A program made the position numbers and the translations under genes. The notes under the pieces are model-generated. The model was not told the DNA's origin, searched no databases, and saw only the letters and a program-made list of their open reading frames with translations. A stretch of DNA of 51,762 nt, taken from positions 1-51,762 of IMG/VR virus record IMGVR_UViG_3300014689_000033. One strand, 5' to 3'. This DNA is from an uncultured virus (IMG/VR IMGVR_UViG_3300014689_000033). Its lineage: Monodnaviria > Loebvirae > Hofneiviricota > Faserviricetes > Tubulavirales > Inoviridae. Shown in pieces: positions 18,430-28,186 of this stretch (its first letter is position 1; each line of letters begins with the position of its first letter).

Positions 18430-19305
18430 TTACTGGGTAGCGGCTGCCGTGAAACGCGCCAGGGCGCGCTGCAAGTCGGCGATGGGTTCGGCCAGGTCGG
18501 CCGGGGTGTCGGCAGCGTCACGCGTACCGTGGCTGGCAGCGCTGGGCGTACCGGCCTTGAGTTGTTGCAGCAGCGACCGGCGCTCACTGCGCGGCATGCC
18601 CTGCTTGGCGAGAATCACGTCGAGCTTGTGCGCGGCGAACTGGCTGCCGCTGCGCGCCTTGGTGGATTCCTTCACGGAGTCGGAAGGCAGCAGCGAGTCA
18701 GCAAAGCCCTGCTCTACGGCGGCGCTGCCGTTGATCCAGGTTTCGCCATCCATGAGCTTTTGCATGGCGGCAATGTCATCACCGGTGCGGGTGGCGTAGA
18801 TATCTGCCATCGCTTCGTCGAACGGCTCGAGCGTGTCGGCGAAGTCGCGGAAGTCGTGGCGATTTCCCACGGCTCCAGCCCAGCAGTTGTGGATCATCAG
18901 GAAACCGCTGCGGGCCACCTGAACGGTGTCTCCAGCCATGGCGATGATTGATGCGGCCGACGCAGCCATGCCAAGCACCCGAACGGTGACGTGGCCCTTG
19001 TACTCGCGCAGTACGTTGTAAATGGCCAACCCTTCGAACATGTCGCCACCGGGTGAATTGATGTTCACGGTGACGTCAGCGCCCGCCATTCCTTTGAGAA
19101 TGCCGGTGATGCGCTTGGCAGTTACGCCCTCGCCGGTCCAGTAGTCGTAGCCGATGGGGTCAAGCACGGAGATCGTGTTTTCTTCATCGTCCGCGGCCGC
19201 CAGGATGCTCGGGTTCCAGCGCTCCAGCGCTTGTGGGCGCAGGTCGAACGAGACGCCAGCGCACGGGCGCGCCTCCGGAGCAACCGGAAGGTTTCGGATG
19301 GTCAT
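18430..19305 (-). CDS. ClpP-type prohead protease
   Basis: INSPGGD, AASAAS, LMIHN; start placed at MTIRNL. Confidence 0.93.
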   Translation of the reverse strand: MTIRNLPVAPEARPCAGVSFDLRPQALERWNPSILAAADDEENTISVLDPIGYDYWTGEGVTAKRITGILKGMAGADVTVNINSPGGDMFEGLAIYNVLREYKGHVTVRVLGMAASAASIIAMAGDTVQVARSGFLMIHNCWAGAVGNRHDFRDFADTLEPFDEAMADIYATRTGDDIAAMQKLMDGETWINGSAAVEQGFADSLLPSDSVKESTKARSGSQFAAHKLDVILAKQGMPRSERRSLLQQLKAGTPSAASHGTRDAADTPADLAEPIADLQRALARFTAAATQ

Positions 19306-19309
19306 GGGG

Positions 19310-20620
19310 TCAGTCTCCAGCTTGGCCGGCAGGCGGGTTCGAGGCGGGTGCGGTGTTGAGCCAGTTTTGCAATGCAGCCCGTGCCTGCTCGCTGTCGGTG
19401 CGTTGCTGCCCGAGCTGGTCAAGAGGCATGAGGTTCGATTGCACGGTGTAGACATCCCCGCCTGGGATCAGCGGTTGGTTTTCCAGGCGCGCAACGGTGT
19501 TGCGGTTCATCCAGCCATTTTGCAGGGCGCTGGCATACCACTCGCGCCGTGCAGCCAGATCCGCACGTAGAAGGCCTTCGACGGAGAACTCCGCATAGAC
19601 GGTCTCAGCCTCGGCCTCTCCGATGAGGCAACGGATGATTTCCTGCTCGATGTTGTCGAGTAGCGGACGCAGCGTGTTGGTGAGGAACTGAAGGTTCTGG
19701 CCCTCGACGCTGCTTGCCCAACTGCTCTGCTTGTCCGTATGGCCAACCATGAACGGCGGTACGCGGAACCAGCGGCAGATTTCCTCGATCTGGAAGGCGC
19801 GCGTTTCCAGCATCTGCGCGGCTTCGGGGTTCATGGTGATGCCCTGGTACTTCAGCCCTGCCTCGAGCACCATCAGCTTGCCGGCGTTCTTCGATCCCGC
19901 GAAGGCGGCGAGGCTTTGCCGGAGCTGCTCGCGCTGCTCTGGCTTGAGCGCACCGCTTTCGTTGGTGAGCACGCCAGAAGCCTGCAGACCTTGTGCGAAC
20001 ACGCGAGCGGCGGCTTCGTCCGCTGACATGGCAGCGCCCAGCACCTCCCGCCCCGCCTTCACCGGCATGATCCCGCAGACCCCATCCAGGCCGAAGCCAC
20101 GGATATGCATCAGGTTCTTCTCGGGAATCGGCCGCTCTGTTCCGTTCTCGTTGTAGATGTACTCCAGCCGGCCGTTTGGTTGCCGCTTGACGCGCATGTG
20201 CTGCGGCAGCAGCGGGACCAGCGCGACTATGCGACTGCCGATCAGCTTCTTCTCAACGAACGCGTTGCCGCGCAAGGCGAGGCTGGCGACGATCATCAGC
20301 ATGAAGCGTCCGGGCGTCATTTCGGCGTTAGGGCTGATGCACAGCACCCGGTAGAGCGGGTGGTCGGTGGCGACCGTGCGGGAGCCATCCGGCTGCCGAC
20401 GGTAGAGCTTGAGCGGCAAGGTGGACACTGTTTCGCTGAGCAATCGAACGCATGCCCAGACGGTGGACAGTTGCAGCGCGGCGTCCACGGTGACGCTCTT
20501 ACCGCTCGTGGACTGGCCGAACCATTCCTCCCAGAACGTGCCGCTGGTGAGGCCGATCGGAACGCCCAGCCAATTGAGCAGGGCACTCTTCACGCGGCCT
20601 GGTTTCTTTTCGTTGGCCAT
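19310..20620 (-). CDS. Portal protein (HK97 family)
   Basis: VWACVRLLSE, EICRWFRVPP, GLLRAD. Confidence 0.95.
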   Translation of the reverse strand: MANEKKPGRVKSALLNWLGVPIGLTSGTFWEEWFGQSTSGKSVTVDAALQLSTVWACVRLLSETVSTLPLKLYRRQPDGSRTVATDHPLYRVLCISPNAEMTPGRFMLMIVASLALRGNAFVEKKLIGSRIVALVPLLPQHMRVKRQPNGRLEYIYNENGTERPIPEKNLMHIRGFGLDGVCGIMPVKAGREVLGAAMSADEAAARVFAQGLQASGVLTNESGALKPEQREQLRQSLAAFAGSKNAGKLMVLEAGLKYQGITMNPEAAQMLETRAFQIEEICRWFRVPPFMVGHTDKQSSWASSVEGQNLQFLTNTLRPLLDNIEQEIIRCLIGEAEAETVYAEFSVEGLLRADLAARREWYASALQNGWMNRNTVARLENQPLIPGGDVYTVQSNLMPLDQLGQQRTDSEQARAALQNWLNTAPASNPPAGQAGD

Positions 20621-22347
20621 CAGACCCCTACCATGATCGGGTTGGAATAGAAGCCATCCGGATCGCCCGGCGGCTCTTCGAATTCAGAGGCGGTCGCACG
20701 GGCTACGGCCATGAGCAACGCCAGGACGCCATCGATTTTTTCGCTCTCGCGATCCTTGGCGATCTGGCTCAGGCCGTTGAACTTGGAGGTGAGCTTCTTG
20801 GCGTTCGAGATCATCCAGTCCATGACTGGGTTTTCTTCGTGCACCAGGTCGCCGGTCAGCACCAGGTTCTCCGTTTCGATGATCGGCGCGGTGAAGGTGG
20901 TCGGGTTCTGGCCGATCTCGACCATGGGCGCGCCCTTCTCCATCAGCTTCTTGGCGAAGTACGGGGCGAACTTGGGGTCGTAGTCGACCTCCTCCACCGC
21001 GAACTCCTGCAGGAAGCCTGGCTTGATCACCTTGTTGGGGTCGTTGGGGTCGCGCTGGCCGGCGATGGCATCGCCGATCACGTCGAAGTCCGTCGCGTTA
21101 CCGGGCGTGATGTGCAGGTACCCAGACGCCGCCCACTTGAGGTAGTGCTTGTTCTCCGGGAGGTTGGCCTGGTGCTCGTTCTGGTAGAAGCGCCAGAAGG
21201 CGAAGCACTTGCCCTCCTCGCGAAACACCAGGCACAGCGCGGCGATGTCTCGGCGCTCGGCGAGGTCGAGCCCGATCCAGCAACGTTTGCCGCGGAAATC
21301 CTCAAGGCGCAGCCCCTTGCGCTCACAGCGGCGCCAGTCCGCCAGAGGGAGCCACTTGGCGCCGCCGCTGAGCCAGATGTTCAGGCGCTTGGTCTTGAAC
21401 TCGGGCTGTTCGGACGGGAGACGAATGGCGCTGTTGCAGGCGTCCCGCAGGCCTTGTTCGTAGACCGAAACGCCGAGGTTGGGGTTGGCCTTGATCCACT
21501 CGTTCGGCTCTTGCCACTTATCCGGATCGTCGACGGTGTAGATGATGGCGAGGAATTCGTCGTCATCGAAAACACCCTCGAGCACCTTCTCGGCGTAGCC
21601 GTGGAGTTCGAAGCCTGGCCCGCGCAGGTTCACGCCGGCCGTGGTGATCATCCACATGAGCCATTGGCGCCGCGCACCGGTACCGGAGCGGATCACGTCG
21701 ATGATGCCCGCGTCCGGGTGGGCGTGAACTTCGTCGAGGATCGCGCCGTGCGGGTTGAGGCCGTCCAGCGACTTGCTGTCGCGACCCAGCGGCTTGAAGG
21801 TGTCTGCCTTGCCGCGAATGAACAGCTCGCCGCGACGATCCGCAATCTTGCGGCGTAGGCCCGGGCTGCTGCCGACCATGCGCACCGCTTCGTCGTGCGT
21901 GATCTTGGCCTGATCCATCTTGGTGGCTGCGGTGTAGACCTCGGCGCCGCCCTCGCCATCAGCGAAGAACAGGTAGAGGCCTACTCCGGAGAGCTTGGTG
22001 CTCTTGCCGTTCTTGCGGGGCACTTCCTCCCACACGCGGCGGAAGCGGCGAGTGCCGTCGGCGCGCATCCAGCCAAAGGCGAGCGCGACCCAGAACTGCT
22101 GCCAGAGTGAAGGCACGAACTGATGGCCAGCCCACTCGCCTTTCGAGTGGCGAAGGAACAGGAAGAACTCTAGCGCGTGCTGGGCGTGATCCTCGCTGAA
22201 CCATAGGCCGCGTTTGTGGCCATCCTGCAGGTCCCGGTAGTGGCGCTCGACCGCCAGACGCGTCCACTTGCAGACGGGGATTTCGCCAGCCATGACCTGG
22301 CGGCCGTAGAGGTCCCAGTCAAAGGTGCGTTCAGTCTTCTCCACCAT
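20620..22347 (-). CDS. terL: Terminase large subunit
   Basis: Walker A PRKNGKS, Walker B ILDEVH, GLDL and KIDG nuclease motifs. Confidence 0.96.
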   Translation of the reverse strand: MVEKTERTFDWDLYGRQVMAGEIPVCKWTRLAVERHYRDLQDGHKRGLWFSEDHAQHALEFFLFLRHSKGEWAGHQFVPSLWQQFWVALAFGWMRADGTRRFRRVWEEVPRKNGKSTKLSGVGLYLFFADGEGGAEVYTAATKMDQAKITHDEAVRMVGSSPGLRRKIADRRGELFIRGKADTFKPLGRDSKSLDGLNPHGAILDEVHAHPDAGIIDVIRSGTGARRQWLMWMITTAGVNLRGPGFELHGYAEKVLEGVFDDDEFLAIIYTVDDPDKWQEPNEWIKANPNLGVSVYEQGLRDACNSAIRLPSEQPEFKTKRLNIWLSGGAKWLPLADWRRCERKGLRLEDFRGKRCWIGLDLAERRDIAALCLVFREEGKCFAFWRFYQNEHQANLPENKHYLKWAASGYLHITPGNATDFDVIGDAIAGQRDPNDPNKVIKPGFLQEFAVEEVDYDPKFAPYFAKKLMEKGAPMVEIGQNPTTFTAPIIETENLVLTGDLVHEENPVMDWMISNAKKLTSKFNGLSQIAKDRESEKIDGVLALLMAVARATASEFEEPPGDPDGFYSNPIMVGV

Positions 22348-22861
22348 CAGTCTTGCCGCCCGGAATGGCGCGCAGCCCCATCCGCGCCTTGCGCTGGCGG
22401 AACTGCTCGATAGGGTCATCGCCGAACAGATCGCCCTGCGGCGTCGTCTGATCGGCCTTGAGCTTCTGGAAGCTGGGGATGGTCAGCGCCGCTTCGGGCA
22501 ACCACTTGAGCAGCTCGCGCTTGTAGTCGCGGGCGACGTAGTAGGCCTGGTGCGGCTGCTCGTAGCCGTTGGGCGTCTTGACGTAGTAGCTGCCGTTGTT
22601 CTCGCGCTTGAGCTTTTCGAGGAACTCCTCCTGCGCGACCCAGTTGCAGAACGTCTTGCATATGACGGTCATCAGTAGACCGTCGGTGCGATGGATCAGC
22701 CCGTACTCCTCGAGCGCCGAGGTGACGTGCTCCCAGAGCTTCTTTTCCTTGGCGTTGAGTTTGACCGGCGGGGTCGGAGCCTCGGCGGCGATGGTCTGGC
22801 TGGTGGATTCCTCGGCTGAGCCCAGGCCACCCTCAATAACTTTCGGGTATGCATGGTCCAT
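22331..22861 (-). CDS. terS: Terminase small subunit (P27 family)
   Basis: Upstream of terL; KTPNGYEQPH motif. Confidence 0.85.
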   Translation of the reverse strand: MDHAYPKVIEGGLGSAEESTSQTIAAEAPTPPVKLNAKEKKLWEHVTSALEEYGLIHRTDGLLMTVICKTFCNWVAQEEFLEKLKRENNGSYYVKTPNGYEQPHQAYYVARDYKRELLKWLPEAALTIPSFQKLKADQTTPQGDLFGDDPIEQFRQRKARMGLRAIPGGKTDGGED

Positions 22862-22990
22862 TGGGGTACCTAAAGGGAGGCCAACTTTGACCCCCCCCCC
22901 TATTTGAATTTCAGACGTGCGCGAAACTTGGCTCCCCCCGTCGTTCGGAGGTCGGATTTTGGGAGGTTTTGACCCACCTACCCCTCCGGG
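22862..22990. other. Probable cos packaging region
   Basis: Non-coding gap between HNH and terS with G/C runs and repeated TTTGACCC; usual cos position in HK97-like phages. Confidence 0.5.
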
Positions 22991-23380
22991 TCAGTCCCGG
23001 CCGGTTCGGTCGTGGCGCCGCTTGTTGTCGTGGCGCCGACACAGCCCGCGCACGTTGTCCTCGTCGAGGCCAAGGTCCGGGCGTTCCTTGAACGGCTTGA
23101 TGTGGTCGACCACCACTGCCGGCTCGATGTCGCCCTCTTCCTCACAGTCGACGCACAGCGGATGCATGATCAGGTAGTGATCGCGAAAGCGGCGCCACGC
23201 AACGGTGCTGTAGAACTTGTCCGAGTCATCACGCCGCCGGTTATACCGCTTGTGGGTCTGCTGCCGCATCGCAGCGCGGCGCTCATCGGACTGCGCCTGA
23301 TGGGTCGGGCAATAGCTGCCAGTACCAACCAGAACACCGCACCCCGGATGGCAGCACGGACGCGGCGCGTGATTACTCAT
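22991..23380 (-). CDS. HNH endonuclease (packaging-associated)
   Basis: HPLCVDC...VVDHI...N...LCRRHDN; next to terS. Confidence 0.9.
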   Translation of the reverse strand: MSNHAPRPCCHPGCGVLVGTGSYCPTHQAQSDERRAAMRQQTHKRYNRRRDDSDKFYSTVAWRRFRDHYLIMHPLCVDCEEEGDIEPAVVVDHIKPFKERPDLGLDEDNVRGLCRRHDNKRRHDRTGRD

Positions 23381-23721
23381 CGCCGCCTCACTGGGCTCAA
23401 CGCAGCCCGCCGATCCTGCTGCCGCCGCTCCACGCCATCCCAGCCACCCGGCCGGAACGCGCCGGCCAGGTTGCCGCCGCTCTGCCACACCGCCCAGGCG
23501 AACACCGCCAGCAGCACCACCAGCGGCCATGCCATGGCAGGCACACGCAGCTCGCCGGTCAGGATGTAGATCACAGCAGCGCCCGCGCAGCCCATCACCA
23601 GCATGGCCAGGCACGACACACCGCGCCGGAACCTCGCAGCACCACGGCGATAGGTGAACAGCCGCACGAACAGCACCAGGCAGATGAGGAACGTCACCTG
23701 CGTCAACAGAGCACTAACCAT
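23377..23721 (-). CDS. Putative holin (3 TM)
   Basis: Three hydrophobic helices, GGNLA, basic tail. Confidence 0.75.
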   Translation of the reverse strand: MVSALLTQVTFLICLVLFVRLFTYRRGAARFRRGVSCLAMLVMGCAGAAVIYILTGELRVPAMAWPLVVLLAVFAWAVWQSGGNLAGAFRPGGWDGVERRQQDRRAALSPVRRR

Positions 23722-24079
23722 CCGCGCCTCCGTCACTGATCGATGGCACACCACGTCGGCGGATCGCAGCCAGCGCCAGCGTCACCACCAGCACCGCTGC
23801 ACCGAACGCCGCCGGGCCGGGATAGGCGAACGGGCGAAAGCCCCAGAACTCCGCGTCCACGATGGCCGGCGCAAACTGGTAACCCATCACCGCCGACACC
23901 AGGAAGAACAACAGCCGCTTCCAGATCGGCAGATCATGCGTCGTCGTCACATACACCAGCGCACCCAGCAGCGCGCCGACAGCCGCATCGCCGTTGACGC
24001 CAGCCATGAATCCAGCCAGGCCGGCACCGGCCGCACCTGCCACCACAACGCCTGCCGTGGTGCTCGTTGGCTCAGCCAT
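23714..24079 (-). CDS. Putative holin / antiholin
   Basis: MAEPTST start, several TM segments, first late gene. Confidence 0.75.
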   Translation of the reverse strand: MAEPTSTTAGVVVAGAAGAGLAGFMAGVNGDAAVGALLGALVYVTTTHDLPIWKRLLFFLVSAVMGYQFAPAIVDAEFWGFRPFAYPGPAAFGAAVLVVTLALAAIRRRGVPSISDGGADG

Positions 24080-24102
24080 GCAACGCCTCCAGCGGCACAA
24101 AT

Positions 24103-24132
24103 GAAAAAGGCCCACCGTTACGGGTGAGCCTT
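24103..24132 (-). terminator. tR'-like terminator before holins
   Basis: AGGCTCACC/GGTGGGCCT stem with T-run. Confidence 0.8.
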
Positions 24133-24235
24133 GGAATGGGTGCCCTCTTGCGAGGGCTGGCCTGCCGGGGAACAGGCCGCGACACAGCACGTCGCTCGGC
24201 GGTTATCGCTGCGGGCGCAGCTCTACAACCATGGG
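24103..24235 (-). ncRNA. Putative structured late-leader RNA
   Basis: Three abutting perfect hairpins (loops GUGCUGU, UUCCCCGG, GCAA) then a terminator; 5' end approximate. Confidence 0.6.
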
Positions 24236-24237
24236 CA

Positions 24238-24332
24238 CTTTCTACAGCCGACATGCAACGCCCGCAACCGCCGATTTTTGCAAACGCTGTTCAACACGGT
24301 TGAACACGCTTGAGCACGGTTGAACGCTGTTC
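24238..24332 (-). promoter_or_regulatory. Probable late promoter region with 10-bp phased repeats
   Basis: Four units tcaacacggt/tgaacacgct/tgagcacggt/tgaacgctgt (24291..24330); weak TTGCGG-17-TAGAAA. Confidence 0.5.
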
Positions 24333-24356
24333 GCGCCAAACCATCCCGACGAACGG

Positions 24357-24944
24357 TCATATAGCAGAACCCACTTTCCGCAGGTCCGCCGTCGCCTTCA
24401 CGGCCCGAGCAGCGGCCTTGCGATCAGCCACCCGCTTGCGCTCCGCCCGTGCGTTCTCCCGCGCCACGTCACGTGCAGCCCGGGCGCGCTTCACCGCAGC
24501 CGCATGCGCATCCGTGCCCCGCTCTGCCGATTGCAGCCTGGCCAGCGCCACCGGCCACTCCGCCTGCAGCTCCGCATGCAACTCATCCACCTGCGCACGA
24601 TACGTCCGCATCGAGATACCCAGCCGCGCGCACTGCGCCGACACGGCCACCGCCTGCAGCCCCTGGCAGTAGCGCACATGCGCCAGCCGCTGCAGCACAC
24701 GCCCACGCGATCCGAGGCCCAGCGGCGCATCCTTCGCCATGCCATCCAGCGCCATGCTCACCGCCTGGCTCGCACGGCTGATCGCCACCGCGCACTCCAC
24801 CAGCGACAGGCAGCGATGCCCGCCCACGCCGCCCGGCGTATCGTCACCCATCCGCCCCAGCGGCGAGGCGATGGCCACATCCAGAGCAGGGTTCACAACC
24901 TCACGGCCCCACGCCTGCAACAGCAACTCCATGGCCTCGATCAT
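24357..24944 (-). CDS. Late-gene regulator (Q-like antiterminator or activator)
   Basis: LLQAWG start, HTH-like RLGISMRTY, position before late leader. Confidence 0.65.
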   Translation of the reverse strand: MIEAMELLLQAWGREVVNPALDVAIASPLGRMGDDTPGGVGGHRCLSLVECAVAISRASQAVSMALDGMAKDAPLGLGSRGRVLQRLAHVRYCQGLQAVAVSAQCARLGISMRTYRAQVDELHAELQAEWPVALARLQSAERGTDAHAAAVKRARAARDVARENARAERKRVADRKAAARAVKATADLRKVGSAI

Positions 24945-24954
24945 GCTCTGCCCC

Positions 24955-25258
24955 CCAACCCGGCACAAAACCGGCAACCCAACACAAACCCAACACACTC
25001 AAAACCCTTATAAATCAATGCTTTCAAAGCAACTGTGTTGAGTGTGTTGGGTTTGTTGGGTTTTTCGGTCCTCGCGTAGCAATTTTTTCTCGCCTCATCA
25101 GCCCCGTTCAGTCGTTGCAACAAAACACACGCATGCGCGCGCGCGATGCCAAACCCAACACACCCAACACACACCCCGCAAAGCCCCGCCGTTGCTGGCC
25201 TCTCGCTGTGCTGGGTTCGCAAACCCAACCCAGCACAACCCAACACACCCAACACACA
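24955..25258. repeat. Iteron-like CCCAACAC(A) array, probable replication origin
   Basis: About a dozen direct and inverted copies around an AT-rich spacer, next to primase. Confidence 0.75.
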
Positions 25259-25269
25259 TTCAGTCGTAT

Positions 25270-27972
25270 TCATGCCGCAGCCCCCTTCAAGTGGTCCCAG
25301 CCGTCCACATCCCAGCCCGCCAGCTTCGCCTTCGCCCGCCACCCCGCCACATGCTGGCCAAGCGCAGCTGCGTTCATAGATGGGGGCAGGGAAGAGTCAG
25401 GGTCACTGGGAAAGAAGAAGGCCCCGAAGCGCCGGTTCGCCCCCTCCGTCCAGGGGATCGACCGCGTCTTCTCGACCTCGGAACTGATGAACAGGCTGAA
25501 CTTCGTCTGGCTCATCGCGTGTTCACGGTTGCGCTGGCACCACTCGAGGAACAGCGCATAAAGGTCCGTCGACAGGCACGCGCCCCAGAGCTCGCGCCCC
25601 AGCTCCCCGTGCTGCCACTGATTGAGGAAGGTCTGCCAGCCAGCACGCGATAACGCCACCAGCCGCTGCCGGGCATCCGTGTGCGGTGGCCGAGTGCGCT
25701 CGTTGAAGTCGCCCAGGTCCACATCCAGCAGCCAGCCATAAAGCGCGGCCACCCCACCGTTCGCCAGCTCCGCGCCGATCGCCCGCTGCCGTTCCTCCGG
25801 CAACGTCTCCAAAGGCCACATCACCAGAAAGCGTCGGTCCGACTCACTGATCGGCCACGGCAGGATCTCGTTCGAGAGGAACACCGCATTCATATGGTTG
25901 GCTTCCTCCCAACCATTGATGAACTTCGATTCCATCCGCACCGTCTTGCCGGTGATCAGATGCTTGATCTTGCCCACCTGGTTGTAACGCTGGTCGCGGC
26001 TCACGACTTCCTCGAACACCGCCCAGAGCTTCCGGCTCTGCCAGGCATTGAAGTTCGATTCCAACTGCGTCTGGCCCACCGTCGCCGCATACGGCCCATA
26101 CAGCGCCCCGAGCGTATCGGCGAACAGCAAGCTCTTGCCCGAGCCCTCCATCACCGAATGCATCAGCACAGCCGTGTCCAGCTTCGCGCCTGGGTGCTGC
26201 AGCGGATAGGCCAGCCACTTCACCAGCCACTGCAACGGCGCGTCCTCGTGGTTGCACAGAAACGAGATCAGCCACCGCAGGTTCTCGCACGCCGCGTCAT
26301 CGCGCACCGGCTCAAGCGGCAGCCCCTCGAAGGTGTTGATGTACACCGCCGGGTCCTTCGTCATCGTCGGGTCGAACACGATGTGGTCAACATCCACTGT
26401 CCGCCGCTCGGCGCTGTTCAGCCACAGCGCATAGGCATCGCCCAGCGCCATCTTCACCGCGCCTTCCGGAATGCGCCGCTTCTTCTCGCGGTCCCACACA
26501 TCCTTTGTCCCGTCGATGTACACATAGCGCTCGATGGGCGTCATCCCCAGCGCAGTGGCCTTCTTGCCGGCCATCCGACGCGCCTGCTCCAGTTCGCGCA
26601 CCGTATCCGCGCCGAACAGCTTCTTCGCCACGTCATCCAGCCAGACCTTGGCGAGCGGCTTGCTCACCAGCGCCTCGAACGCGGTCTTCTTCATCACCGC
26701 TTTCTTGTCCTGGTCCCAGACCTGCGTCGTGCCCTCCACCAGCGCGAAGCGCCGCAGGATCTGCTCACTGGTGAAGCCCACCCCCTGCCCCCCGGTGTCG
26801 GAGGAGCCGGCCGGCGCAGCGGCTTCGTCAGCGGATGGGGTCGGGGAAGGCTTGCCAGCAGCAACAGCCGCGTCGAGCTGCGGCGCTACCGCCTCCAGCC
26901 CCCAAGCCACATGCACATCGTTCCAGTCCTGCCCTGCCTCGCCTTCGGCCGGCTGCGTCGGGAAGGCCGCAATGCCGCCCACCTCACCCGCCGCCGCTTC
27001 CGCCTTCTTGCGTCCCGGGTTGCCGGGCTTCGTCGGGTCATCGTCACCGGCAACCACCAGCAGCGCATCCGGACATTGCGCCACCAGGTCACGCGCTACC
27101 GCCGGCATGTTGCCGGAGTCCAGCGCCATCGCTACCGGCCAACCCTTCGCCATATGCACACTGGCAGCCGTCGCATAGCCCTCGGCCTCGCCGATCACCG
27201 TCGCGCCTTCCAGCTCACCCAGCACATGCCGGCAACCCGCCTTGCGCCCGTACTTCGGGAACAGCTTCGTGCCCTGCTCGTTGATCGCCTGCAGGCTCCA
27301 CAGCTTGCCCGCCGCATCGCGCAGCGGAATGGCTATGGTTCCCTTCTTGAACATCAAAAAGCTGATCGAATCCGGCCGGGGCGAAGGCAGGTTGGCGAAG
27401 AACTCCCGCGTCTCGCTGCCCACCCACACGTCGCAGCGCTGCCGCTCGTCATCGATGGCCAGCACAACCGTGTAATGGAAGTAGCCCACACCAAAAGCCC
27501 CCACCTGCTTGCGTTCCAGGTAGGGGCTTTCGCCTTGCGGCTTGCAGTGCTTGGTCCAGATCAACTCGCAGGCAGCAGCCACGGCTTCGCGCATCACCTG
27601 CGCCCTCGCCTCGTCCGCTTCGATCTCCGCCTGCCGCACTGCGCGCCGCGCTTCGGCCTCGGCATTCAGCCGGCGTTTCTCCTCGGCAGTGATCGGCTCC
27701 CGGCGTGGCCGCCAGCCCTCGTCCTTCGCCAGCTTGATCACCGTGCCCATGCCCGTGCCCGCCTTGCGGAACGAGCGCCACACCGTCTTCGCATCCGCCG
27801 TGCTGTAGCTGTCAGCGGCGGCACTCCAGGTATCCCAGGCATCGAACCCGTTATTGCCGAACTCCGCCTTGATGCCCATGCCCACCTGCAACCAGGTATC
27901 GCGGTTATCGGCGTCGATGTACTGCAGTAGCTCGGGGAGATCGGCCAGGGTGAGAGGTACGCGCTCAACCAC
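25270..27972 (-). CDS. Primase-helicase (PriCT-2, Toprim, SF3-type helicase)
   Basis: W.QVGMGIK (PriCT-2), EGYATA and GDDD (Toprim), EGSGKS Walker A; GTG start inferred. Confidence 0.9.
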   Translation of the reverse strand: MVERVPLTLADLPELLQYIDADNRDTWLQVGMGIKAEFGNNGFDAWDTWSAAADSYSTADAKTVWRSFRKAGTGMGTVIKLAKDEGWRPRREPITAEEKRRLNAEAEARRAVRQAEIEADEARAQVMREAVAAACELIWTKHCKPQGESPYLERKQVGAFGVGYFHYTVVLAIDDERQRCDVWVGSETREFFANLPSPRPDSISFLMFKKGTIAIPLRDAAGKLWSLQAINEQGTKLFPKYGRKAGCRHVLGELEGATVIGEAEGYATAASVHMAKGWPVAMALDSGNMPAVARDLVAQCPDALLVVAGDDDPTKPGNPGRKKAEAAAGEVGGIAAFPTQPAEGEAGQDWNDVHVAWGLEAVAPQLDAAVAAGKPSPTPSADEAAAPAGSSDTGGQGVGFTSEQILRRFALVEGTTQVWDQDKKAVMKKTAFEALVSKPLAKVWLDDVAKKLFGADTVRELEQARRMAGKKATALGMTPIERYVYIDGTKDVWDREKKRRIPEGAVKMALGDAYALWLNSAERRTVDVDHIVFDPTMTKDPAVYINTFEGLPLEPVRDDAACENLRWLISFLCNHEDAPLQWLVKWLAYPLQHPGAKLDTAVLMHSVMEGSGKSLLFADTLGALYGPYAATVGQTQLESNFNAWQSRKLWAVFEEVVSRDQRYNQVGKIKHLITGKTVRMESKFINGWEEANHMNAVFLSNEILPWPISESDRRFLVMWPLETLPEERQRAIGAELANGGVAALYGWLLDVDLGDFNERTRPPHTDARQRLVALSRAGWQTFLNQWQHGELGRELWGACLSTDLYALFLEWCQRNREHAMSQTKFSLFISSEVEKTRSIPWTEGANRRFGAFFFPSDPDSSLPPSMNAAALGQHVAGWRAKAKLAGWDVDGWDHLKGAAA

Positions 27973-28186
27973 GGCGCACCCCCGCACTCATCTTGTCCGC
28001 GAACGCCTGGCAGTCGGTGCACATCCGGCAACCCTTCACCGCGTCACGCCGGGCCTGCGGAATCTCGGCGCCGCATCCTTCGCACTCGGTCAGGCTTTCG
28101 CCCTGGTACTGCACACGGCTTGCGATGATGCGCTGCAGCTCCTCGTCCTGCTCCCGCTGGGCACGCTCGATCAGATGTTCATCCAT
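27965..28186 (-). CDS. TraR/DksA C4 zinc-finger protein
   Basis: CEGCG.EIP..RR.A..GC.MC.DCQ. Confidence 0.9.
   Translation of the reverse strand: MDEHLIERAQREQDEELQRIIASRVQYQGESLTECEGCGAEIPQARRDAVKGCRMCTDCQAFADKMSAGVRRG

Noticed and set aside
24941..25342. 133-aa Cys/Val/Gly-rich ORF
   Set aside because: Mostly a translation of the iteron repeats; coding not excluded but unsupported
25681..27930. 749-aa + strand ORF (likewise 17533..18951, 15951..17222, 20839..21858, 43514..44692)
   Set aside because: Antisense shadows of well-supported genes in high-GC DNA; no motifs
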